The translations under genes and the position numbers were made by a program. The notes beneath the pieces were generated by a model, which did not search any database, was not told the origin of the DNA, and was given only the letters and a program-made list of their open reading frames with translations. A stretch of DNA of 64,000 nt from Camelus ferus (taxonomy: Eukaryota): NCBI RefSeq assembly GCF_009834535.1, contig NC_045696.1:67458001-67522000 (forward strand). The letters run 5' to 3'. This document shows, in pieces, positions 25,081 to 35,883 of this stretch (positions within the stretch are counted from its first letter, which is position 1; every line of letters starts with the position of its first letter).

Positions 25081-28000
25081 GAGTGTCATTTAATAAGCCT
25101 TCTATTTGTGTGTATTAGGTAAATGTATCAGAGTTAGATGAATGATGTTTTCCCTTGCCCATACATGGATGAGCATCTTGGAAAAAGTAACAAAGACACA
25201 CATAGAGAAGGACTTATGCAACCATCTTAAAGTATCACAAAGGAATTAGCTGTAGGTTTCTCTGTTCTTTCTAGTATATATAGCTTTTTGCAAGTAGAGT
25301 ATCAATTTATGCTTATAACAAAGGTTAGCATGAGAGATACTGAATTGGTTAGAAACTGCTGTAAATTAAATAGCAATCAGAAATAAAGGGCAAAGATTCC
25401 AGTAATTTTTTTGTGGAGTATCAATGGGGAAAAGTCAATGAGTTTAATAAAATGCATCTTCTACCAACTGGCTATGCAATAAGCCACTTGCATGCTGAGT
25501 AACTGAAAACAGAGTCCACAACTTTTTGCAGAAGGGCTGGGGAAGTAAAGCAGAGAAAGGAGCAAGTGTTCTCCCTGTCTAGATTGAAGGGGAAATGTGT
25601 TATTCTATATTTCTTCCTTTTTAAACTTAGTACGATAAAATTGGTTTTCTGTGCTTGTAAGTAAAAAAGGGGAGAAGTAGTACAAATCGAGTACAGCTGT
25701 TTAGGCAAGACATTACAGAAAGTGGGTGACTGGATTTAAACAAGAGACCCCAGACCGAAGAAACTCCTGCTCACTGTGCTCACCAGGTAAGCCCACTGGA
25801 AAGGGATGATGAAACACTGACGGTGCGAAACTAGAAACATCTGACCTTCCGAGATGCTTCGGGTGTAGCGTGGCTTGCCCAAGAGTAGGTAAGAACCTGC
25901 ACCACCATCCATCAGAAAGAGAATGAGCTACAGCCCTCCCACAGAAGGATGAAAGGACGTGGGTTATGAAAGTTCTGTGTAGTTTCGGCCATACCACGGG
26001 GCTGAGAAGACGCTCTCATTTCACTCTCTTCTGACAAGGGAAAAATACATTGTTAGCCATAATGATTTTTAAACACCTCATAAACTTGGAAACATAAATA
26101 TTTTATGTGTTTAAACAACTATAATTGCTAATCATTAAAACCCCTGTGAAAACTCTCAGAGTTGGACTATGCAAGAATTCTCTTGTCATCTTTTTAATTG
26201 ACCTTCCCCTTCTCTGGAATTCTTCCTTCCCTCCTGAGTCCCTCTCTTCTTGGAGACAGGTTAAAAAACAAAACAAAACAGAAACAACAACCTCTGCCTA
26301 TATATCAAAACAACACACCCACTGAGACTATCGTTAATTCTGGGCAGATTCACATATGTGCTGAATTATGTATGTACTGGGTATGCTTTTACTTTGCTCA
26401 CATGTGACCCTCCCAAAAAGGAAAATCAAGGTCAACTTGGAGAAGATGGAACTGAAGACAGAAACCAAAAATGGAAACACATTCCTAAAATCATCAGCTT
26501 TTTCCAAAGAAACTAAAAAAAATGGATAGAAAGGACATGTTTTTATCAGTGTTAGTCAGAGTTCAAAAGAGTCTCAGACCTAAATGCTTGACGGAGAGAC
26601 CCAGCTTGTTCTTCTCAGGTTGTTTTCATAAACAGACTACAGGCCTGTCATCTGTGCTTCCGGAAAACCTCTGTTGCTGCCCCACCCCCTGAAAAATACT
26701 GTGTATTAGGTTTTCAAGTGTTCAAGTATTAGGATGTAATATTATTGTCATGGGAAAAATGCTGATATGTGTAAAAATTCTAGAAGGATAATAGTTTTTC
26801 CCTGCCATAAGGAAAATTCTCAAGTTTCACTGATCTAAAATAACCAGCCACCACTTAAAACCATGATTGTTTTGTTGGTCAAAATGCTTTGGATTAAAGT
26901 AAAAAGAACCTTAACCTAGTCTTAGAAAGATCATTTTGCACATAGCTGGGAAAAGTAGGGCAGTCATAAATGAATTTGCCAAGAACTCTATGATCTGAAT
27001 CCCTGATGAAAACTCATTAAAATAAAACTGAAAGACTCTATTATCTCACCTCACTTTATGAATAAACACAATCTGGAAAATATGTCCTTTTAAAGGAAGG
27101 ATTTATGGAGGTTGCATATATCTTGCAGTAGAACAAGTCTTCCCTTAATATGATCACAATTCCATAAGGAGCCTAATGCATTGATTTAATTTATTTATGA
27201 ACAGTCCAAGCGGAATAGCATTAATGAGTAGAAATCAGAAGGAACAAAGGGAGGCAGGAAAGAAGGGAAGAAAGGAAGAGGGAGGGAGAAATGGAGGGAA
27301 AGCAAGAAAGAGGAAGAACTCTCATCAAGTCAGATAGCTTTAATCAGATCACTTTTTAAAGGTTTGGAATAATAAGTCAGCTTAACAACAGACTCATAAG
27401 AAAAGTTACCTGTGAAGGAAATAATTTGACCTGAAATGTTCATGACTGCACCATCAAAATGACTCAGAACCAAGATCCTCAGCTGGTTCTGTCCACCATT
27501 AAATTAAAAAACAAAACAAAACAAAAACAGACAAATCAAAAAGTTATGGCAATTAAAGAAGTGGATATGCTGAATGGGTGTTAAAGGCCCAAGCGGAAGT
27601 CTCTGACAAAACCAGAGGAAGGCCACCAAGGCAGACCACCCAATCATCAACAACATCCAAGACACACCTCGTGGCATAAGGATGCTTTCCTAGTTTAGGA
27701 ATCTACAAGGCACTTCAAGAGACGGCGAGGACAGAAATACTGTTAGCATACATGAAGGTGAAGGGTTCAGACTTCTCTGGATTTTGACTTTTTGATCAGT
27801 ATATCTTTGAGGCGTGGGGGTGGTAATTTACGTGATAGACACTTGAGTGGAGCATTCATAGTAACGTAAAGTTCTTGAAAATTAAGGCAGAAGTACACGT
27901 GGCTCTCTGATTATCTCCCATGGAAGTGCACCAGAAGAGCGATCTCAGGAAATGGACTTGAGGCACATTTCGCAGAGGTATATCTTTGTCAACCTCCTGG

Positions 28001-31000
28001 TTTCCTACAGATGGCTAAAGCAGGGTATGGAACATGCTGTCATATTTCATTCATAACACACATGTCCTGTAGCTCCAGGCAACAGATGGACAATCGCTTG
28101 TTTAAACTACAAATGTGAAATCCTAAGGTAGAACAGCAATACTTCTAGAAATGTATATGGCAAAAAAGGCCTACCCAAGCCAAGAGGAGCGGCGAGAGGC
28201 TGTGAGGTCACATCAGTGTTTCCCTGATCTCCCTAGCAGCTGCCGTCATTTCCCCAACACCCTTCAAAACCTGATAATGGAGGGACCAAGGGGCAGCCGA
28301 GGCAAATTTGACAAGAGAAGCCCCAACCACATCAAATAGAAATAACACTGTTATTCCTGGCTGGTTCACATTAATAGGATATTTACTAACTAGGAAAACC
28401 GTTGGAAGTTGTGCTTTCAGAGTCCTGTCCATAGTCCATAAACCCTCTGTGACAGCCCCATGCTAAAATGTTCTTTTCCTTCCTCTCCACCCAAATATAA
28501 AATACTTGTTGAAATGGAGTTAGAGTTTTATACACTTGAAACATCAAAAACATCTTTGCAGAATCTTTCATAGTGGGACAACAGTGATAGGGCTGATAAC
28601 TCCACTGTGTTAATCAGCATACACTCAATGAAGTAATTTTGATCAGAGAAGTTGCTTCTACAGAAACAATGTGTTAATGAGAGGAAAAAGAACCCCTATC
28701 TTTGGGCTGCAGAGAGGTCTGAGATCTCAAAGCCCTCATGCATTCTGCTTGGACACAAAACTTATTTTTGAGTCTTAAAGGCCAATTTGCTTGCAGATGA
28801 GACTCCACAGAGTTGTCTTGAGCTGGGGATCCAGGCAATGGAGAAATCTCATTTTGAAATGGTCCACAGAGCCCAGGACATAGTGGGTTTTTTTTCCTTT
28901 TCCAACGTCTCTCATGTTACATGGAACTACCAAATATTTGTGTTCTTGACAATTTTTTTTAAAAAAATCAGTATATTTTTACAAACTTTCTCTTATAGAC
29001 TCTCTGATTCTTTTCCATTATTTATGTATTTAAATGATAACCATCAAGACAATACATCAAAAGAGAATTATAAACCTTAAGGTGATAGATCTTTATATCT
29101 CTGTTATAGGCAAAATTTCATGTAACTAAAACAGTAAAGAGTGATTTGGCATTGTTGACACCAAACAATTAATAGAAGACAAGATAGCGATATAAATCAT
29201 AGAGTTAAGAAATCCTGAAATAAAATATTTTAGGATCCTTTCCTTATTATACCTTGTGAAAGAAAAAAAAAATCTAAATCTAAATATTCTGTATATGTCT
29301 GTGTGCACATTCATTATTATAAAAGTATGATAAGTCTATATTAAAAAGAGATTTACTTTAAAAATCTTTGGTAAAGATACTCTGAGGTTACGTGATAAAA
29401 ATGCACTATAAAGATTGTAAGCAAGCAGATTCTGGCAATGCCACAGGGATGGGTCTGTGACAGCATTTCTCACAACTTTTTTTTTTTTGGCATGTAAACA
29501 TTCAGTTACATAAGGACTTAAATGTAACAAACAAGTAGAATGTTATTGCATTTTTATAGGATAAATATTTCATAAATTCTCCCTATTTTGGCAAAATTCA
29601 TAATAGGATGACTGCACTTCAAGAGATAAAGGTCATCCCTCAATAAATCGGGTTCTTTGCTTTTGACCTAAAGACAGTTTCTTCCAAGTATGTCATAGGA
29701 AACAAGTCACTGAAGCAATTCAAGCAGATTACATTATCACCCCAATTGTCTAATAATCAGTGCTCCTTGAGGTCATCAGCATGCTCTGGCTTTTAATTTG
29801 GAAATCAGAAGTTCAGAAATACAGTTGCCACTGTAGCCTAAAATTCACACACTGCCCGTAGTGAATCCCTTATATTTCACATGATGAGAAATATAAGACA
29901 TAAGTTAAGGATTGCGAGGTAAGGAAAGGGCAGTGGTCAAAGGAAACGTTGAAAAGCTACAACTCTGGTGGCTCTAAAATAAAACTGGTGACCCCAGCAA
30001 ATGAGCCACAGATTAACTCAGAAGAGCCACAGGCTTAAGAATTTCTCATTGGAAAAAAAAAAATTTTTTTTGGAACCACCCTTATGATTATTCCTACTAA
30101 AGTAAATTTAACTGTGATTCTTGCGGCCAGGGTTGTAATTCAAAACATGCAAAAATAATTTTTCATTTCTGAGTGTTAACAGTAAAAATTAAAAAAAAGT
30201 CAAGACTAGAAAACTGACTTTATCACTTTTTTCCAATCATGAAAAAGATACCTGTGGAATCAGGGAAGGGTTTAAAGGGAAATGTTAACTATATTCGTTA
30301 CATTTGTTTCTTAAACTGGGTGTCACAGAGATTCATTATATTATTATTTATATTTTTGTGTATATTTAAAATACTTTATAATTTAAAAGTATATACTTGT
30401 GGAAGATTTGAAGAAAAGTTTAACTAATCTTAATCCAAAATACTTAGTCTACAAAGTGGTAACCTGCTACTAAGAGAGGCATCACTCCTTAAAAGAAACA
30501 CGTTGGAACCTAACAAAGCAGATGTGGTTCTGCAGTTGGCAGGCAAGCATTCCACTGCCCAATAAGAGTTTGAATAAAGATTCCAGGCAGAGACTCTGCA
30601 TATTTTTAGCTCAAAAAGGCATTTTTTTTTCAGTGATTGTCTTTGAAAGTGTGGTATAAATGTCACATCGAAGATAGGAAAATGTCTTCTGCAATATGTA
30701 ATTTGAGTTGCAGAAGGATTATAAAAATAATGAAACTGTGGTTTCACAATCTTTTCAAGCTTTCTTGTCTTTTTAAAGTAAACTAAAGAAAACTAACACA
30801 ATTTTATGTGCTCTGATTTGCAATTGTCAGGCAAAAAGGACCTGGTCCAGGAGGGAAAAATAAAAAAGAATTTGAACCGTGCTTTATAGCTATCTTCTTC
30901 TAGGGAAAAAGTCAATTTTGGTAGTTGTGTTTAGAAGTTAGAAAAAAATGCGGCAATATTTCTGCTATGAAAAAGTGGGACAGTATTGGAAATGTTACAT

Positions 31001-31869
31001 TCTAGAGAAAACCAAGTTTGTATTATTATGTCCAGCTAGCACAGAAAAGGAAAATCTTAAGATCCATATTTTGGGGGTAATAATGAGCTTTTCAAACGGA
31101 AGCCCCAAACACTTTATCCAGCACACTTCATCTATAGTTTCTTTAGAAAAAGGCTGATGTTTGGTTTTCTCTCACCAATATCTGTTTTCAAATGAACCCT
31201 GGCCCCACTGGTCACTATAGACTTTGAATTTAAATGGCTGTAAATTAAATTTGGACTTGTTTTAATCTACGTAATTTGTAGCTTAAACGCTTTATAGCCT
31301 GACATGTAATTGTGCATTTTCCCCCCAGGGACACGATCAGTTTAGAGTGACAGAAAGATCTGTTTTTCAATACACAGTAAAAAGAATGGCTATCTTTTAT
31401 GTTCACCGGCAATGTGGAAGTGATAAGATGGAGCCTTCAAGCCTAAAAGCACCTGTGAGCTGGCAGACTCACCCAGGGAAAACTGTGTGACAGCAAATAC
31501 CACACTAAAACAAGCCATTCAACCAGATGAAAAGTGAGACAAACACAGGGATTAAAAGTTAAAGGAATGCAGAAGTGAATGGGATGGAGCATAATCCGTG
31601 CAAAAATGTGGAAGTCCTTGGGAACAAAGGCCCATCAAGGTCCTACATGATTAAATGTGAAATGTGTATTTGGTAAGAACTTAACAACAGCAAAAAGTCT
31701 CAGACTCTGTGTGTTTCTAAAGAAAGGTTAATAGTGGATGAAGTAGAGACCACCCTATGGCTTGATTGCCTTTCCTCTCTTTTCCTATATCTTTTCTTAT
31801 GTTTTTCTTGTGTTTCATTTTCCTCATTTTCTCAGAGCCACCAACTAACGGCTAAACAGGCAACTGAAC

Positions 31870-31998
31870 TTAAAGGTCAGTGCTCGCCTTGGCGGTCAGC
31901 ACCCTGATGCGGGCGGAGTTGCAGGTCTTGCAGAGAATGTGTCCATCCAAAGGGTAGCAGCCTTGGTTGTCTCCCTCAGACAGGAGACCGCCACAATC
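31870..31998 (-). CDS. LPP: LPP terminal coding exon (second half of LIM3 plus C-terminal STDL PDZ-binding motif), stop TAA at 31870-31872
   Basis: Acceptor ttatttttcCAG|GAT TGT. It translates DCGGLLSEGDNQGCYPLDGHILCKTCNSARIRVLTAKASTDL* (ORF 31870..32073). The -STDL ending is the known LPP Scrib-binding terminus and separates it from zyxin and TRIP6. Confidence 0.97.
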   Translation of the reverse strand, partial: DCGGLLSEGDNQGCYPLDGHILCKTCNSARIRVLTAKASTDL

Positions 31999-32382
31999 CT
32001 GGAAAAATAAGACACAGGACAAGGATGTCAGTGCGAATGTCAACATGAGTCTTTGCGTTCCATTCAAGGCCAATTACTACCTTTCCTCTTCACACCGACC
32101 CCCCTAGTTCTTCCCCAGGATGTAGCACCCTATGTCTTGCGTTAAGTTGGAGTAGAGATTAGGGACATAAATGTGAACAGAATGACCCTCCTGAGGTCAC
32201 TTAATGGGAATATAGGTCCAGGAAGAGACCAGCCCGAGGGTCTACGGCTCCAAGTGGTGGACCTGCTCCCCTCGCCCGAACAGCAACAGCCACAAGAACC
32301 AGAGAAAATAAAACAAGAATAGATCCTGAACTTCACTCACCTTTACCGCTGACATTAGCTTATGGTTTTCTCGAAAAATAAA

Positions 32383-32386
<4 letters not shown>

Positions 32387-32435
<49 letters not shown>
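32387..32435. repeat. (AC)24 microsatellite, (UG)n in LPP pre-mRNA
   Basis: Seen directly. Confidence 0.97.
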
Positions 32436-32437
<2 letters not shown>

Positions 32438-32981
32438 TGGAGGGACAGAATTTCTTGGTAATTCCAGGGTAAAAGAGAAACTGTAGAGGGACTCCTGCTA
32501 AGCAGAAGGGCCACCAGTGGGTCTGCATGCTCACTCCAACTTGAGAAAGAAGATGAAACTCTAAGGTTTGTGGGGAGGAGTGATCTGTCGTCTTTCTAAA
32601 GGGTACAGTGCGGTGTAGAGGAATGAGGGTGGGGCCGGGGGACAGGGCCCCTGGGCACCACCCTAGCTCTGTTCCTGGCAAGGAGGGCCAATAGCCACTC
32701 TGGAAATAATTCCTGCAATTCCTACCTTATGAAGCTGTTGGGAGGACCAAGGAGGAAAATGGGTGTGTGCGTGTCCTTTGAAAAAAATGCAAACAGCTTC
32801 ATAATAGTAAGGAATTATACTGCTGTTGGCAGCACCCCTGAGCATCCATTTTGGAAAGTGTTACATGACAGCTAAATGCTGGCCTTCACCTCTGGAGGAA
32901 ACAGAAGTTTCTTTGGAAAAGAAAAATATAGCGCTTCATCTCATGGTGTGTGCCCTTGCTACCATTAGTAGAAAGTCTTTT

Positions 32982-33310
32982 TTTAATTCTTTTTTTTTTA
33001 ATTGAAGTATAGTCAGTTTACAATAGTGTGTCAATTTCCCATGTTCACAGCAGCACTATTTACAATGGCCAAGACATGGAAACAGCCTAAATGTCCCTCA
33101 ACAGATGACTGGATAAAGAAGTTGTGGTGTATTTATACAATGGAATATTTTTCAGCCATAAAAGAAGGGTGGAATAGTGCCATTTGCAGCAACATGGATG
33201 GACCTGGAGAATGTCATTCTAAGTGAAGTAAGCCAGAAAGAGAAAGAAAAATACCATATGAGATCGCTCATATGTGGAATCTAAAAAAAAGACACCGATG
33301 AACTTATTTC
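32982..33310 (-). mobile_element. 5'-inverted, truncated L1 insertion (twin-priming type) with TSD
   Basis: A poly-T tract and antisense L1 3' end (to about 33038) join a plus-oriented ORF2 C-terminus (PMFTAALFTMAKTWKQPKCPSTDDWIKKLW...) and 3' UTR start. The TSD is GTAGAAAGTCTTTT (32968-32981) / GTAGAAACTCTTTT (33311-33324), followed by AA. Confidence 0.85.
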
Positions 33311-33504
33311 GTAGAAACTCTTTTAAAAGACCACAGGGCCGGTGTGCCTCACCTGTGCTGCCTACCATGACAGGAAGGGGGTCATGGAGGTTCCTATCTG
33401 AATCTGACAGATAATGAAGTTTAAGTTCAAAAAGGGTGTTGCTCAGAGCAGCAGCACCAGCAGCAATAGTTACGTTCCTGGGAAGGTCAGCTTTACCCAA
33501 ACGA

Positions 33505-33670
33505 ATAGGCAGGTATTTTGCAGCTCTAGAGGCATTTGGGACACTGAGCGATGGAGCTAAATGAAATCTTTTCATTGCAATAAAAAGATAGGAAGATATT
33601 TTGCAGCTCTAGAGGCATTTGGGACACTGAGCGATGGAGCTAAATGAAATCTTTTCATTGCAATAAAAAG
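33505..33670. repeat. 83-bp tandem duplication (2 copies, 2 mismatches)
   Basis: 33505-33587 versus 33588-33670 differ only in ataggcagg / ataggaaga. Confidence 0.95.
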
Positions 33671-33899
33671 AAAAAAGTTCATGAATGACATGGATTTAAG
33701 CATTCAATGAGTGAATGACAACAGTCACCTGGGCACCCTAAAGAGCCCAGAGTCAACCACTGGAACCAAAATGCCTTGAATCTTAGAAACAAAAGGAGCC
33801 ACAATGGGGGAATCCAAAACCACCTGGATTTATGGGCAGGGAAGTGAGCAGCAGAGAGGGAAGTGATTTGTCCAGTGTTAGGCAGTGTCCTGCCCTCTT

Positions 33900-34120
33900 T
33901 AATATTTTTTCCATTTTTTTCTTTTTATATTGTTTATTTGATAAGTTAAAATTGTATTTTTAAGTTTTTAAAAAAATTTTTAAAACAACGTTATTGTGGT
34001 ATAATTTCTATACAGTAAACTACACATATTTCAGATGTACAATTTGATGAATCTTGATAGATGTATACACTATGAAACCACCACCACAATCAAGATAGCT
34101 AACATTTCCAGCACCCCCCA
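33900..34120 (-). mobile_element. Old L1 (L1MA/MB-like) 3' end fragment(s)
   Basis: T-rich tail, then ttattgtggtataatttctatacagtaaactacacatatttcagatgtacaatttgatgaat...accaccacaatcaagata, typical of antisense L1M 3' ends. Confidence 0.7.
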
Positions 34121-34320
34121 CGAAAAGATGCTCAACATCGCTTATTGTTAGAGAAATGCAAACAAAAACTACAATGAGGTATCACCTCACACCAGTCAGA
34201 ATGGCCATCATTAAAGTCCACAAACGATAAATGCTGGAGAGGGTGTGGGAAAAGGGAACCCTCCTACACTGCTGGTGGTGCAGCCACTGTGTAGAACAGT
34301 ATGGAGCATCTTCAAAAAAC
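34121..34320 (+). mobile_element. L1 ORF2 internal fragment without tail
   Basis: Translates [31 protein letters not shown], a conserved L1 ORF2 C-terminal motif. Confidence 0.85.
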
Positions 34321-34823
34321 TTTTAATTCAGTGTACCTGCCATTCTACAGTGTTGTTTCTGGGGTTAAAAAAACGGGAAAAAAAGCACTATCTTTTTAAA
34401 GCAAACTTATTTTGCTCTGCTATCATTTAGTTTGGGAGGAGAAAAGGTACGGATCATGCAACTCTTCACACACAAAACAAAACCATGAAATAAGCATATA
34501 TGTAGGCAGAGCAAGTGTGGGAAGAATATTGGGCTGCCTTGAGCCTCAGTTTCCCAACCTGCAGAATGATCTCTAAGGTGTCTATTAGCTCTTTCACACT
34601 TATGATTCAGGTCAGTTTTAAGGCTGGACATCACTGTTTCTCTGTAGTCCTAAAAACCTCATGTAAAAGCCGAAGTTTTTTATTCTCTTTGCTCACGTTA
34701 AGGTCAGAGAGGCAGGTAACTTGGGCTGGAGGGCAAAACAAAGCACCCTGCATAAAACAGCTGGTCAGTCACAGCTAAGGCAGTGAACGGAGTGACTGCA
34801 GTCTGGGAGGGCAGGGGAGACGG

Positions 34824-34883
34824 CCAGTCCCACCAGCGCCGCCAGCCCCGCCAGCGCCGCCAGCCCCGTCAGTCCCACCAGCC
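34824..34883. repeat. GC-rich 9-bp minisatellite (CCAGCSCCG-type, about 6.7 units)
   Basis: ccagtccca ccagcgccg ccagccccg ccagcgccg ccagccccg tcagtccca ccagcc. Confidence 0.85.
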
Positions 34884-35762
34884 TGTGTCTTGGGAAAGTC
34901 TCCTAGCAGGACTAGATGAGCCACTCTCATAAGGAGGTGGTAATAAGCAAGTTCATATCGTCTCTCACAGATAGAAGAGGGGGCTGATACCTGCTATACT
35001 GAGAAGAGCTGGTGGAAAACAAGAAAACTGCTTCAAAAGAGGGGCTCTGGGTAAGTCATAGAACTAGGAGAGGAAAATGATTTAAAATCACTTTCTGAAT
35101 GTGGTGCCTTTGGTTACCTAGATTCTAGGGGAGAGACTTGCTGCCTTTTGCTGTATAAATGACGACACGGCCCTCAGGCAAGAGGCCTTCCTTGTCACTT
35201 CGAGCTGGATTACAGGTCTTTGGTAGGTGTTCCCACGACACCTTGTGCCTGACCCTCTTAGAGCTCTCAGCAGTCACCTGACCCCTTACCGTAAGTGCTG
35301 GGTCAGTGCCTGCTAAATTAATGAATCTCCATGACTTTGAACATGAAGTTCCAACCCCTCTGAGAGGAATAAATTCTTACTCTTCTCAGCGGGTGACAAT
35401 GGCATCTCTGCCCTAAACCAGAGCCAGAGTCTCTGTATAATGACAGTAAGAACCATGATGATACCACATCTCTGGCTCTTTATGATTCACAGTGTCCTTT
35501 AATATACAGCTTTGCGTTTTAGCTGCACAGCCGCATTTGGGGGAGTTAATAAGAATCTGAGTCCTTTTCACAGGTGGGGAAATTAAGAATGAGAGAGGTA
35601 AAGTGACTTAACCAATGTCCCTAGCATAGAATGTCCGCGTCAGATCTAAAACCCAAGGGGCCCTCCCAGGTGCAGTAACTGCTGTATTTATGAAAACCCG
35701 GCTCTAAGGGTCCCTCTGATGCCTGCCACGCCCCGGCAGGCTGGAGGGCGCTGAGGACAGAC

Positions 35763-35883
35763 CTCACACCGGTAGCAGTGGACGTGGAAATCGCGATCCA
35801 GAGCCACAATCCTGACAGTCTCCTCCTGGCCGGGGGCCGGCATGATGGGCTCCTTGCACACAGAACAGCGGGGAGCAAATTTC
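35763..35883 (-). CDS. LPP: LPP penultimate coding exon (first half of LIM3), 121 nt
   Basis: Acceptor cttttcattttTAG|G AAA TTT and donor TGT GAG|GTctgt. It translates (K)[40 protein letters not shown], seen inside ORF 35688..35915. The first base completes the split codon AA|G. Confidence 0.97.

Larger units (their letters stand above)
16920..31869 (-). other. LPP: LPP long 3' UTR (about 15 kb)
   Basis: Starts after the stop codon and ends near AATAAA at 16938-16943 with a GU/U-rich downstream element. The length agrees with the known very long human LPP 3' UTR. The exact cleavage site is inferred. Confidence 0.75.
31999..35762 (-). other. LPP: LPP last intron (phase 0)
   Basis: GT...AG boundaries joining ...CYRCE to DCGG... 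in frame. Confidence 0.93.

Noticed and set aside
33002..33226. 74-aa ORF with protein-like sequence
   Set aside because: It is an L1 ORF2 C-terminal fragment read across the inversion junction, not a host gene.
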